From the human T2T-CHM13v2.0 reference genome, Homo sapiens: 64,000 nucleotides of DNA. The stretch's first letter is position 1. Every line of letters begins with the position of its first letter. This document shows, piece after piece, positions 37,722-52,300 of this stretch. A program made the translations under genes and the position numbers. The stretch is from assembly GCF_009914755.1 (NCBI RefSeq), contig NC_060930.1, one strand, 5' to 3'. Under the pieces are notes generated by a model. The model did no database searches, was not told the DNA's origin, and saw nothing but the letters and a program-made list of their open reading frames with translations.

Positions 37722-40700
37722 TCAGTAACTTCTTCGGATGTGTGCATTCGACGCACAGAATGGAACATTCCCTTTGATAGAGCAGTTTTGAGACACCGTT
37801 TTTGTAGAATTCCCAAGTGGATATTTAGAGCACTTTGAAGTCTCTGCTAGAAAAGGAAACATCATCATGTAAAAAGTAGATAGAATCGTTCTCAGAAAGT
37901 GCTTAGTGTCGTGTGCGTTCAACTCACAGAGTTTAACGTTTCTTTTGATAGAGCGTTTCTGAAACACCCTTCTTGTAGTAGCTGCAAGTGGATATTTGGA
38001 CCTATTGGAGGCCTTCTTTGGAAACGGGATTTCTTCATGTAACTCTAGATTGAAGAATTCTCAGAAACTCCTTTGTGATGTGTGCATTCAATTCAAAGAG
38101 TGAAACCTCTCTTTTCACAGAGCAGTTTTGAAACACTGTTTTTGTAGGATTTCCAAGGGGATATTTATAGCGCATTGAGCCTACGGCGGAAAAAGAAACA
38201 TCTTCCTATAAAAACTAGACAGAATACTTCTCAGAATCTGCTTTGCGATGTGTGCGTTCAACTCACAGAGTAAAACTTTTCTTTTGATAGAGCAGTTTTG
38301 AAACACTCTTTTTGTAGTATTTGCATGTGTATATTTAGAGCGCATTGAAGCCCACAGTAGAAAAGGAAATAACTTCACCTAAAACCTAGACAGAAGCAAT
38401 CTCAGAAACTACTTTGTGATGTGTACATTCAACTCACAGAGTGGAACTTTCCTCTTTATAGAGCAGTGTTGAAACACTCTTTTTGTAGAAACTGCAAGTG
38501 GATATTTGGACCTCTTTGAGGCCTTCGTTGGAAACGGGATTTCTTCCTATAACCCTAGACAGAAGAATTTTCAGAAACCTCATTGTGATGTGTGCGTTCA
38601 TCTCACAGAGTGGAGTCTTCCGTTTGATAGAGAAGTTTTGAAACCCTGTTCTTGTAGGATTTCCAAGTGGATATTTAGACCACTTTGAAACCTATGATAG
38701 AAAAGGAAACATCTTCATGGAAAACATAGATAGAATCATCCTCAGAAACAACTTTGTGATGTGTGCGTTGAACTCACCGTCTTTAACCTTTCTTTTGGTA
38801 GAGAAGTTTTGAAACACTCTCTTTGTAAAGTCTACAAGTGGATATTTTGAGCCCTTGGAGGCATTCTTTGGAAAAGGGAATGTCTTCACATAAAAGGCAG
38901 ACGGAAGTGTTCTCAGAAACTGCTTTGTGATGTCTGTGTTCAACTCACAGAGTTTAACATTTCCTTTGATAGAGCGGTTTAGTAACCCTCTCTTTGTAGA
39001 ATTTGGAAGTGTATACTAAGAGCGCTTTGAGGCCTATGGTAGAAAAGGAAATATCTTTCCATAAAAGCTAGACAGAAGCAATCTCGGAAACTCCTTTGTG
39101 ATGTCTGCATTCAACTCACCGAGTGGAACATTCCTCTTGAGAGAGCAGTTTGGAAACACTCTTTCTGTAGAATCAGCTTGTTTGTATTTGGACCTCCTTG
39201 AGGCCTTCGTTGGAAACGGGTTTTCATCTTATAAACCCAGACAGAAGAATTCTCAGAGTCTTCTTTGTGATGTGTGCTTTCAACTCACCGAGATAAAGAT
39301 TTCTCTTGATAGAGCAATTTGGAAACACTCTTTTTGTAGAATTTGCAAGGGTACATTGAGAGCGCTTTCAGGCCTATGGTAGAAAAGGGAATATCTTTCC
39401 ATAAAAGGTAGACAGAAGCAATCTCAGAAACTACTTTGTGATGTGTGCATTCAACTCACCGAGTGCAACGTTCCTCTTGACCGAGCAGTTTGGAAACATT
39501 GTTTCTGTAGAATCTGCAAGTGGATATTTGGACCTCTTTGAGGCCTTCGTTGGAAACGGGATTTCTTCCTATAAACCCAGACAGAAGAATTCTCAGAGAC
39601 TTCTTTGTGATGTGTGAATTCAACTCACAGTGTGGATCCTTCCTTTTGATAGAGCAGTTTTGAAACCCTGTTTTTGTAGTATTTCCAAGCGGATATTTGG
39701 AACGCCTTGAAGCGTATGGTAGAAAAGGAAATATCTTCCCATAAAACCTAGACAGAACCAATCTCAGAAACGACTTTGTGATGTCTGCATTCAACTCACA
39801 GAGTTGAACATTTCTCTTGATAGAGCAGTTTTGAAACCCTCTTTCTGAAGGATCTGCAAGTGGATATTTGGAACTCCTTTGGGTCTTCGTTGGAAACGGG
39901 ATTTCTTCGTATAAATCTAGACAGAAGAATTCTCCGAAACTTCTTTGGTTGTGTGCATTCAAGTCACAGAGTGGAACCTTCCTTTGGATAGAGCAGTTTG
40001 AAACGCCGTGGTTGTAGTATTTCCAAGCGGATATTAGAGCGCCTTGAGGCCTATGGTAGAAAAGGAAATATCTTCCCATAAAACCTAGACGGAAGCAATC
40101 TCAGAAACTACTGTGTGATGGCTGCATTCCACACACACGGTGGAACATTTCTCTTGATAGAGCAGTTTTGAAACACTCTTTCTGTAGAATCTGCAAGTGG
40201 ATAATTGGACCGCCTTGAGGCCTTCGTTGGAAACGGGATTTCTTCATGTTACTCTAGATAGAAGAATTCTCAAACACTGCTATGTGATGTTTGCATTCAA
40301 GTCACAGAGTGCAACATTCCTCTTGGTAGAGCAGTTGGGAAACACTCCTTTTGTAGAATCTGCAATGGGATATTTGGACTTCTTTGAGGCCTTCGTTGGA
40401 AACGGGATTTCTTTGTATGAATCTAGACAGAAGAATTCTCAGAAACTTCCTTGTGATGTGTGCATTCAACTCAGCGAGTGGCACCTTCCTTTGGATACAG
40501 CAGTTTTGAAACACTGTTTTTGTAGTATTTCCAAGCGGATATTTAGAGCGCCTTGAAGCCTATGCTAGAAATGGAAATATCTCCCCATAAAACCAAGACA
40601 GAAGCAATCTCAGAAACTAATGTGTGATGGCTGCATTCCACACACACGGTGGACCATTTCTCTTGATAGAGCAGTTTTGAAACACTCTTTCTGTAGAATC

Positions 40701-43700
40701 TGCAAGTGGATAATTGGACCTCCTAGAGGCCTTCGTTGGAAACGGGATTTCTTCATCTAAACCTACAGAGAAGAATTCTCAGTAACTTCTTCGGATGTGT
40801 GCATTCGACGCACAGAATGGAACATTCCCTTTGATAGAGCAGTTTTGAGACACCGTTTTTGTAGAATTCCCAAGTGGATATTTAGAGCACTTTGAAGTCT
40901 CTGCTAGAAAAGGAAACATCTTCATGTAAAAAGTAGATAGAATCGTTCTCAGAAAGTGCTTAGTGACGTGTGCGTTCAACTCACAGAGTTTAACGTTTCT
41001 TTTGATAGAGCGTTTCTGAAACACCCTTCTTGTAGTAGCTGCAAGTGGATATTTGGACCTATTGGAGGCCTTCTTTGGAAACGGGATTTCTTCATGTAAC
41101 TCTAGATTGAAGAATTCTCAGAAACTCCTTTGTGATGTGTGCATTCAATTCAAAGAGTGAAACCTCCCTTTTCACAGAGCAGTTTTGAAACACTGTTTTT
41201 GTAGGATTTCCAAGGGGATATTTATAGCGCATTGAGCCTACGGCGGAAAAAGAAACATCTTCCTATAAAAACTAGACAGAATACTTCTCAGAATCTGCTT
41301 TGCGATGTGTGCGTTCAACTCACAGAGTAAAACTTTTCTTTTGATAGAGCAGTTTTGAAACACTCTTTTTGTAGTATTTGCATGTGTATATTTAGAGCGC
41401 ATTGAAGCCCACAGTAGAAAAGGAAATAACTTCACCTAAAACCTAGACAGAAGCAATCTCAGAAACTACTTTGTGATGTGTACATTCAACTCACAGAGTG
41501 GAACTTTCCTCTTTATAGAGCAGTGTTGAAACACTCTTTTTGTAGAAACTGCAAGTGGATATTTGGACCTCTTTGAGGCCTTCGTTGGAAACGGGATTTC
41601 TTCCTATAACCCTAGACAGAAGAATTTTCAGAAACCTCATTGTGATGTGTGCGTTCATCTCACAGAGTGGAGTCTTCCGTTTGATAGAGAAGTTTTGAAA
41701 CCCTGTTCTTGTAGGATTTCCAAGTGGATATTTAGACCACTTTGAAGCCTATGATAGAAAAGGAAACATCTTCATGGAAAACATAGATAGAATCATCCTC
41801 AGAAACAACTTTGTGATGTGTGCGTTGAACTCACCGTCTTTAACCTTTCTTTTGGTAGAGAAGTTTTGAAACACTCTCTTTGTAAAGTCTACAAGTGGAT
41901 ATTTTGAGCCCTTGGAGGCATTCTTTGGAAAAGGGAATGTCTTCACATAAAAGGCAGACGGAAGTGTTCTCAGAAACTGCTTTGTGATGTCTGTGTTCAA
42001 CTCACAGAGTTTAACATTTCCTTTGATAGAGCGGTTTAGTAACCCTCTCTTTGTAGAATTTGGAAGTGTATACTAAGAGCGCTTTGAGGCCTATGGTAGA
42101 AAAGGAAATATCTTTCCATAAAAGCTAGACAGAAGCAATCTCAGAAACTCCTTTGCGATGTCTGCATTCAACTCACCGAGTGGAACATTCCTCTTGAGAG
42201 AGCAGTTTGGAAACACTCTTTCTGTAGAATCAGCTTGTTTGTATTTGGACCTCCTTGAGGCCTTCGTTGGAAACGGGTTTTCATCTTATAAACCCAGACA
42301 GAAGAATTCTCAGAGTCTTCTTTGTGATGTGTGCTTTCAACTCACCGAGATAAAGATTTCTCTTGATAGAGCAATTTGGAAACACTCTTTTTGTAGAATT
42401 TGCAAGGGTACATTGAGAGCGCTTTCAGGCCTATGGTAGAAAAGGGAATATCTTTCCATAAAAGGTAGACAGAAGCAATCTCAGAAACTACTTTGTGATG
42501 TGTGCATTCAACTCACCGAGTGCAACGTTCCTCTTGACCGAGCAGTTTGGAAACATTGTTTCTGTAGAATCTGCAAGTGGATATTTGGACCTCTTTGAGG
42601 CCTTCGTTGGAAACGGGATTTCTTCCTATAAACCCAGACAGAAGAATTCTCAGAGACTTCTTTGTGATGTGTGAATTCAACTCACAGTGTGGATCCTTCC
42701 TTTTGATAGAGCAGTTTTGAAACCCTGTTTTTGTAGTATTTCCAAGCGGATATTTGGAATGCCTTGAAGCGTATGGTAGAAAAGGAAATATCTTCCCATA
42801 AAACCTAGACAGAACCAATCTCAGAAACGACTTTGTGATGTCTGCATTCAAGTCACAGAGTTGAACATTTCTCTTGATAGAGCAGTTTTGAAACCCTCTT
42901 TCTGAAGGATCTGCAAGTGGATATTTGGAACTCCTTTGGGTCTTCGTTGGAAACGGGATTTCTTCGTATAAATCTAGACAGAAGAATTCTCCGAAACTTC
43001 TTTGGTTGTGTGCATTCAAGTCACAGAGTGGAACCTTCCTTTGGATAGAGCAGTTTGAAACGCCGTGGTTGTAGTATTTCCAAGCGGATATTAGAGCGCC
43101 TTGAGGCCTATGGTAGAAAAGGAAATATCTTCCCATAAAACCTAGACGGAAGCAATCTCAGAAACTACTGTGTGATGGCTGCATTCCACACACACGGTGG
43201 AACATTTCTCTTGATAGAGCAGTTTTGAAACACTCTTTCTGTAGAATCTGCAAGTGGATAATTGGACCGCCTTGAGGCCTTCGTTGGAAACGGGATTTCT
43301 TCATGTTACTCTAGATAGAAGAATTCTCAAACACTGCTATGTGATGTTTGCATTCAAGTCACAGAGTGCAACATTCCTCTTGGTAGAGCAGTTGGGAAAC
43401 ACTCCTTTTGTAGAATCTGCAATGGGATATTTGGACTTCTTTGAGGCCTTCGTTGGAAACGGGATTTCTTCGTATGAATCTAGACAGAAGAATTCTCAGA
43501 AACTTCCTTGTGATGTGTGCATTCAACTCAGCGAGTGGCACCTTCCTTTGGATACAGCAGTTTTGAAACACTGTTTTTGTAGTATTTCCAAGCGGATATT
43601 TAGAGCGCCTTGAAGCCTATGCTAGAAATGGAAATATCTCCCCATAAAACCAAGACAGAAGCAATCTCAGAAACTAATGTGTGATGGCTGCATTCCACAC

Positions 43701-43835
43701 ACACGGTGGACCATTTCTCTTGATAGAGCAGTTTTGAAACACTCTTTCTGTAGAATCTGCAAGTGGATAATTGGACCTCCTAGAGGCCTTCGTTGGAAAC
43801 GGGATTTCTTCATCTAAACCTACAGAGAAGAATTC
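37722..43835 (+). repeat. HOR units 14-15: canonical 18-mers
   Basis: Landmarks 37722, 40779, 43836. Confidence 0.93.
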
Positions 43836-46355
43836 TCAGTAACTTCTTCGGATGTGTGCATTCGACGCACAGAATGGAACATTCCCTTTGATAGAGCAGT
43901 TTTGAGACACCGTTTTTGTAGAATTCCCAAGTGGATATTTAGAGCACTTTGAAGTCTCTGCTAGAAAAGGAAACATCTTCATGTAAAAAGTAGATAGAAT
44001 CGTTCTCAGAAAGTGCTTAGTGACGTGTGCGTTCAACTCACAGAGTTTAACGTTTCTTTTGATAGAGCGTTTCTGAAACACCCTTCTTGTAGTAGCTGCA
44101 AGTGGATATTTGGACCTATTGGAGGCCTTCTTTGGAAATGGGATTTCTTCATGTAACTCTAGATTGAAGAGTTCTCAGAAACTCCTTTGTGATGTGTGCA
44201 TTCAATTCAAAGAGTGAAACCTCCCTTTTCACAGAGCAGTTTTGAAACACTGTTTTTGTAGGATTTCCAAGGGGATATTTATAGCGCATTGAGCCTACGG
44301 CGGAAAAAGAAACATCTTCCTATAAAAACTAGACAGAATACTTCTCAGAATCTGCTTTGCGATGTGTGCGTTCAACTCACAGAGTAAAACTTTTCTTTTG
44401 ATAGAGCAGTTTTGAAACACTCTTTTTGTAGTATTTGCATGTGTATATTTAGAGCGCATTGAAGCCCACAGTAGAAAAGGAAATAACTTCACCTAAAACC
44501 TAGACAGAAGCAATCTCAGAAACTACTTTGTGATGTGTACATTCAACTCACAGAGTGGAACTTTCCTCTTTATAGAGCAGTGTTGAAACACTCTTTTTGT
44601 AGAAACTGCAAGTGGATATTTGGACCTCTTTGAGGCCTTCGTTGGAAACGGGATTTCTTCCTATAACCCTAGACAGAAGAATTTTCAGAAACCTCATTGT
44701 GATGTGTGCGTTCATCTCACAGAGTGGAGTCTTCCGTTTGATAGAGAAGTTTTGAAACCCTGTTCTTGTAGGATTTCCAAGTGGATATTTAGACCACTTT
44801 GAAGCCTATGATAGAAAAGGAAACATCTTCATGGAAAACATAGATAGAATCATCCTCAGAAACAACTTTGTGATGTGTGCGTTGAACTCACCGTCTTTAA
44901 CCTTTCTTTTGGTAGAGAAGTTTTGAAACACTCTCTTTGTAAAGTCTACAAGTGGATATTTTGAGCCCTTGGAGGCATTCTTTGGAAAAGGGAATGTCTT
45001 CACATAAAAGGCAGACGGAAGTGTTCTCAGAAACTGCTTTGTGATGTCTGTGTTCAACTCACAGAGTTTAACATTTCCTTTGATAGAGCGGTTTAGTAAC
45101 CCTCTCTTTGTAGAATTTGGAAGTGTATACTAAGAGCGCTTTGAGGCCTATGGTAGAAAAGGAAATATCTTTCCATAAAAGCTAGACAGAAGCAATCTCA
45201 GAAACTCCTTTGCGATGTCTGCATTCAACTCACCGAGTGGAACATTCCTCTTGAGAGAGCAGTTTGGAAACACTCTTTCTGTAGAATCAGCTTGTTTGTA
45301 TTTGGACCTCCTTGAGGCCTTCGTTGGAAACGGGTTTTCATCTTATAAACCCAGACAGAAGAATTCTCAGAGTCTTCTTTGTGATGTGTGCTTTCAACTC
45401 ACCGAGATAAAGATTTCTCTTGATAGAGCAATTTGGAAACACTCTTTTTGTAGAATTTGCAAGGGTACATTGAGAGCGCTTTAAGGCCTATGGTAGAAAA
45501 GGGAATATCTTTCCATAAAAGGTAGACAGAAGCAATCTCAGAAACTACTTTGTGATGTGTGCATTCAACTCACCGAGTGCAACGTTCCTCTTGACCGAGC
45601 AGTTTGGAAACATTGTTTCTGTAGAATCTGCAAGTGGATATTTGGACCTCTTTGAGAACCCAGACAGAAGAATTCTCAGAGACTTCTTTGTGATGTGTGA
45701 ATTCAACTCACAGTGTGGATCCTTCCTTTTGATAGAGCAGTTTTGAAACCCTGTTTTTGTAGTATTTCCAAGCGGATATTTGGAACGCCTTGAAGCGTAT
45801 GGTAGAAAAGGAAATATCTTCCCATAAAACCTAGACAGAACCAATCTCAGAAACGACTTTGTGATGTCTGCATTCAAGTCACAGAGTTGAACATTTCTCT
45901 TGATAGAGCAGTTTTGAAACCCTCTTTCTGAAGGATCTGCAAGTGGATATTTGGAACTCCTTTGGGTCTTCGTTGGAAACGGGATTTCTTCGTATAAATC
46001 TAGACAGAAGAATTCTCAGAAACTTCCTTGTGATGTGTGCATTCAACTCAGCGAGTGGCACCTTCCTTTGGATACAGCAGTTTTGAAACACTGTTTTTGT
46101 AGTATTTCCAAGCGGATATTTAGAGCGCCTTGAAGCCTATGCTAGAAATGGAAATATCTCCCCATAAAACCAAGACAGAAGCAATCTCAGAAACTAATGT
46201 GTGATGGCTGCATTCCACACACACGGTGGACCATTTCTCTTGATAGAGCAGTTTTGAAACACTCTTTCTGTAGAATCTGCAAGTGGATAATTGGACCTCC
46301 GAGAGGCCTTCGTTGGAAACGGGATTTCTTCATCTAAACCTACAGAGAAGTATTC
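43836..46355 (+). repeat. HOR unit 16: 15-mer variant with extra 31-bp deletion (2520 bp)
   Basis: Spacing 2520. The 31-bp deletion junction is at 45656/45657 and the 506-bp junction lies within 45997-46017. Confidence 0.93.
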
Positions 46356-49300
46356 TCAGTAACTTCTTCGGATGTGTGCATTCGACGCACAGAATGGAAC
46401 ATTCCCTTTGATAGAGCAGTTTTGAGACACCGTTTTTGTAGAATTCCCAAGTGGATATTTAGAGCACTTTGAAGTCTCTGCTAGAAAAGGAAACATCATC
46501 ATGTAAAAAGTAGATAGAATCGTTCTCAGAAAGTGCTTAGTGTCGTGTGCGTTCAACTCACAGAGTTTAACGTTTCTTTTGATAGAGCGTTTCTGAAACA
46601 CCCTTCTTGTAGTAGCTGCAAGTGGATATTTGGACCTATTGGAGGCCTTCTTTGGAAATGGGATTTCTTCATGTAACTCTAGATTGAAGAATTCTCAGAA
46701 ACTCCTTTGTGATGTGTGCATTCCATTCAAAGAGTGAAACCTCTCTTTTCACAGAGCAGTTTTGAAACACTGTTTTTGTAGGATTTCCAAGGGGATATTT
46801 ATAGCGCATTGAGCCTACGGCGGAAAAAGAAACATCTTCCTATAAAACCTAGACAGAATACTTCTCAGAATCTGCTTTGCGATGTGTGCGTTCAACTCAC
46901 AGAGTAAAACTTTTCTTTTGATAGAGCAGTTTTGAAACACTCTTTTTGTAGTATTTGCATGTGTATATTTAGAGCGCATTGAAGCCCACAGTAGAAAAGG
47001 AAATAACTTCACCTAAAACCTAGACAGAAGCAATCTCAGAAACTACTTTGTGATGTGTACATTCAACTCACAGAGTGGAACTTTCCTCTTTATAGAGCAG
47101 TGTTGAAACACTCTTTTTGTAGAAACTGCAAGTGGATATTTGGACCTCTTTGAGGCCTTCGTTGGAAACGGGATTTCTTCCTATAACCCTAGACAGAAGA
47201 ATTTTCAGAAACCTCATTGTGATGTGTGCGTTCATCTCACAGAGTGGAGTCTTCCGTTTGATAGAGAAGTTTTGAAACCCTGTTCTTGTAGGATTTCCAA
47301 GTGGATATTTAGACCACTTTGAAGCCTATGATAGAAAAGGAAACATCTTCATGGAAAACATAGATAGAATCATCCTCAGAAACAACTTTGTGATGTGTGC
47401 GTTGAACTCACCGTCTTTAACCTTTCTTTTGGTAGAGAAGTTTTGAAACACTCTCTTTGTAAAGTCTACAAGTGGATATTTTGAGCCCTTGGAGGCATTC
47501 TTTGGAAAAGGGAATGTCTTCACATAAAAGGCAGACGGAAGTGTTCTCAGAAACTGCTTTGTGATGTCTGTGTTCAACTCACAGAGTTTAACATTTCCTT
47601 TGATAGAGCGGTTTAGTAACCCTCTCTTTGTAGAATTTGGAAGTGTATACTAAGAGCGCTTTGAGGCCTATGGTAGAAAAGGAAATATCTTTCCATAAAA
47701 GCTAGACAGAAGCAATCTCAGAAACTCCTCTGTGATGTCTGCATTCAACTCACCGAGTGGAACATTCCTCTTGAGAGAGCAGTTTGGAAACACTCTTTCT
47801 GTAGAATCAGCTTGTTTGTATTTGGACCTCCTTGAGGCCTTCGTTGGAAACGGGTTTTCATCTTATAAACCCAGACAGAAGAATTCTCAGAGTCTTCTTT
47901 GTGATGTGTGCTTTCAACTCACCGAGATAAAGATTTCTCTTGATAGAGCAATTTGGAAACACTCTTTTTGTAGAATTTGCAAGGGTACATTGAGAGCGCT
48001 TTCAGGCCTATGGTAGAAAAGGGAATATCTTTCCATAAAAGGTAGACAGAAGCAATCTCAGAAACTACTTTGTGATGTGTGCATTCAACTCACCGAGTGC
48101 AACGTTCCTCTTGACCGAGCAGTTTGGAAACATTGTTTCTGTAGAATCTGCAAGTGGATATTTGGACCTCTTTGAGGCCTTCGTTGGAAACGGGATTTCT
48201 TCCTATAAACCCAGACAGAAGAATTCTCAGAGACTTCTTTGTGATGTGTGAATTCAACTCACAGTGTGGATCCTTCCTTTTGATAGAGCAGTTTTGAAAC
48301 CCTGTTTTTGTAGTATTTCCAAGCGGATATTCGGAACGCCTTGAAGCGTATGGTAGAAAAGGAAATATCTTCCCATAAAACCTAGACAGAACCAATCTCA
48401 GAAACGACTTTGTGATGTCTGCATTCAACTCACAGAGTTGAACATTTCTCTTGATAGAGCAGTTTTGAAACCCTCTTTCTGAAGGATCTGCAAGTGGATA
48501 TTTGGAACTCCTTTGGGTCTTCGTTGGAAACGGGATTTCTTCGTATAAATCTAGACAGAAGAATTCTCCGAAACTTCTTTGGTTGTGTGCATTCAAGTCA
48601 CAGAGTGGAACCTTCCTTTGGATAGAGCAGTTTGAAACGCCGTGGTTGTAGTATTTCCAAGCGGATATTAGAGCGCCTTGAGGCCTATGGTAGAAAAGGA
48701 AATATCTTCCCATAAAACCTAGACGGAAGCAATCTCAGAAACTACTGTGTGATGGCTGCATTCCACACACACGGTGGAACATTTCTCTTGATAGAGCAGT
48801 TTTGAAACACTCTTTCTGTAGAATCTGCAAGTGGATAATTGGACCGCCTTGAGGCCTTCGTTGGAAACGGGATTTCTTCATGTTACTCTAGATAGAAGAA
48901 TTCTCAAACACTGCTATGTGATGTTTGCATTCAAGTCACAGAGTGCAACATTCCTCTTGGTAGAGCAGTTGGGAAACACTCCTTTTGTAGAATCTGCAAT
49001 GGGATATTTGGACTTCTTTGAGGCCTTCGTTGGAAACGGGATTTCTTCGTATGAATCTAGACAGAAGAATTCTCAGAAACTTCCTTGTGATGTGTGCATT
49101 CAACTCAGCGAGTGGCACCTTCCTTTGGATACAGCAGTTTTGAAACACTGTTTTTGTAGTATTTCCAAGCGGATATTTAGAGCGCCTTGAAGCCTATGCT
49201 AGAAATGGAAATATCTCCCCATAAAACCAAGACAGAAGCAATCTCAGAAACTAATGTGTGATGGCTGCATTCCACACACACGGTGGACCATTTCTCTTGA

Positions 49301-52300
49301 TAGAGCAGTTTTGAAACACTCTTTCTGTAGAATCTGCAAGTGGATAATTGGACCTCCTAGAGGCCTTCGTTGGAAACGGGATTTCTTCATCTAAACCTAC
49401 AGAGAAGAATTCTCAGTAACTTCTTCGGATGTGTGCATTCGACGCACAGAATGGAACATTCCCTTTGATAGAGCAGTTTTGAGACACCGTTTTTGTAGAA
49501 TTCCCAAGTGGATATTTAGAGCACTTTGAAGTCTCTGCTAGAAAAGGAAACATCTTCATGTAAAAAGTAGATAGAATCGTTCTCAGAAAGTGCTTAGTGA
49601 CGTGTGCGTTCAACTCACAGAGTTTAACGTTTCTTTTGATAGAGCGTTTCTGAAACACCCTTCTTGTAGTAGCTGCAAGTGGATATTTGGACCTATTGGA
49701 GGCCTTCTTTGGAAACGGGATTTCTTCATGTAACTCTAGATTGAAGAGTTCTCAGAAACTCCTTTGTGATGTGTGCATTCAATTCAAAGAGTGAAACCTC
49801 CCTTTTCACAGAGCAGTTTTGAAACACTGTTTTTGTAGGATTTCCAAGGGGATATTTATAGCGCATTGAGCCTACGGCGGAAAAAGAAACATCTTCCTAT
49901 AAAAACTAGACAGAATACTTCTCAGAATCTGCTTTGCGATGTGTGCGTTCAACTCACAGAGTAAAACTTTTCTTTTGATAGAGCAGTTTTGAAACACTCT
50001 TTTTGTAGTATTTGCATGTGTATATTTAGAGCGCATTGAAGCCCACAGTAGAAAAGGAAATAACTTCACCTAAAACCTAGACAGAAGCAATCTCAGAAAC
50101 TACTTTGTGATGTGTACATTCAACTCACAGAGTGGAACTTTCCTCTTTATAGAGCAGTGTTGAAACACTCTTTTTGTAGAAACTGCAAGTGGATATTTGG
50201 ACCTCTTTGAGGCCTTCGTTGGAAACGGGATTTCTTCCTATAACCCTAGACAGAAGAATTTTCAGAAACCTCATTGTGATGTGTGCGTTCATCTCACAGA
50301 GTGGAGTCTTCCGTTTGATAGAGAAGTTTTGAAACCCTGTTCTTGTAGGATTTCCAAGTGGATATTTAGACCACTTTGAAGCCTATGATAGAAAAGGAAA
50401 CATCTTCATGGAAAACATAGATAGAATCATCCTCAGAAACAACTTTGTGATGTGTGCGTTGAACTCACCGTCTTTAACCTTTCTTTTGGTAGAGAAGTTT
50501 TGAAACACTCTCTTTGTAAAGTCTACAAGTGGATATTTTGAGCCCTTGGAGGCATTCTTTGGAAAAGGGAATGTCTTCACATAAAAGGCAGACGGAAGTG
50601 TTCTCAGAAACTGCTTTGTGATGTCTGTGTTCAACTCACAGAGTTTAACATTTCCTTTGATAGAGCGGTTTAGTAACCCTCTCTTTGTAGAATTTGGAAG
50701 TGTATACTAAGAGCGCTTTGAGGCCTATGGTAGAAAAGGAAATATCTTTCCATAAAAGCTAGACAGAAGCAATCTCAGAAACTCCTCTGTGATGTCTGCA
50801 TTCAACTCACCGAGTGGAACATTCCTCTTGAGAGAGCAGTTTGGAAACACTCTTTCTGTAGAATCAGCTTGTTTGTATTTGGACCTCCTTGAGGCCTTCG
50901 TTGGAAACGGGTTTTCATCTTATAAACCCAGACAGAAGAATTCTCAGAGTCTTCTTTGTGATGTGTGCTTTCAACTCACCGAGATAAAGATTTCTCTTGA
51001 TAGAGCAATTTGGAAACACTCTTTTTGTAGAATTTGCAAGGGTACATTGAGAGCGCTTTCAGGCCTATGGTAGAAAAGGGAATATCTTTCCATAAAAGGT
51101 AGACAGAAGCAATCTCAGAAACTACTTTGTGATGTGTGCATTCAACTCACCGAGTGCAACGTTCCTCTTGACCGAGCAGTTTGGAAACATTGTTTCTGTA
51201 GAATCTGCAAGTGGATATTTGGACCTCTTTGAGGCCTTCGTTGGAAACGGGATTTCTTCCTATAAACCCAGACAGAAGAATTCTCAGAGACTTCTTTGTG
51301 ATGTGTGAATTCAACTCACAGTGTGGATCCTTCCTTTTGATAGAGCAGTTTTGAAACCCTGTTTTTGTAGTATTTCCAAGCGGATATTTGGAACGCCTTG
51401 AAGCGTATGGTAGAAAAGGAAATATCTTCCCATAAAACCTAGACAGAACCAATCTCAGAAACGACTTTGTGATGTCTGCATTCAAGTCACAGAGTTGAAC
51501 ATTTCTCTTGATAGAGCAGTTTTGAAACCCTCTTTCTGAAGGATCTGCAAGTGGATATTTGGAACTCCTTTGGGTCTTCGTTGGAAACGGGATTTCTTCG
51601 TATAAATCTAGACAGAAGAATTCTCCGAAACTTCTTTGGTTGTGTGCATTCAAGTCACAGAGTGGAACCTTCCTTTGGATAGAGCAGTTTGAAACGCCGT
51701 GGTTGTAGTATTTCCAAGCGGATATTAGAGCGCCTTGAGGCCTATGGTAGAAAAGGAAATATCTTCCCATAAAACCTAGACGGAAGCAATCTCAGAAACT
51801 ACTGTGTGATGGCTGCATTCCACACACACGGTGGAACATTTCTCTTGATAGAGCAGTTTTGAAACACTCTTTCTGTAGAATCTGCAAGTGGATAATTGGA
51901 CCGCCTTGAGGCCTTCGTTGGAAACGGGATTTCTTCATGTTACTCTAGATAGAAGAATTCTCAAACACTGCTATGTGATGTTTGCATTCAAGTCACAGAG
52001 TGCAACATTCCTCTTGGTAGAGCAGTTGGGAAACACTCCTTTTGTAGAATCTGCAATGGGATATTTGGACTTCTTTGAGGCCTTCGTTGGAAACGGGATT
52101 TCTTCGTATGAATCTAGACAGAAGAATTCTCAGAAACTTCCTTGTGATGTGTGCATTCAACTCAGCGAGTGGCACCTTCCTTTGGATACAGCAGTTTTGA
52201 AACACTGTTTTTGTAGTATTTCCAAGCGGATATTTAGAGCGCCTTGAAGCCTATGCTAGAAATGGAAATATCTCCCCATAAAACCAAGACAGAAGCAATC

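Noticed and set aside
45475-45490. Premature stop (TCA->TAA) truncating the 93-aa ORF as a pseudogenisation event
   Set aside because: The ORF is not a gene. This is just a private SNV in unit 16.
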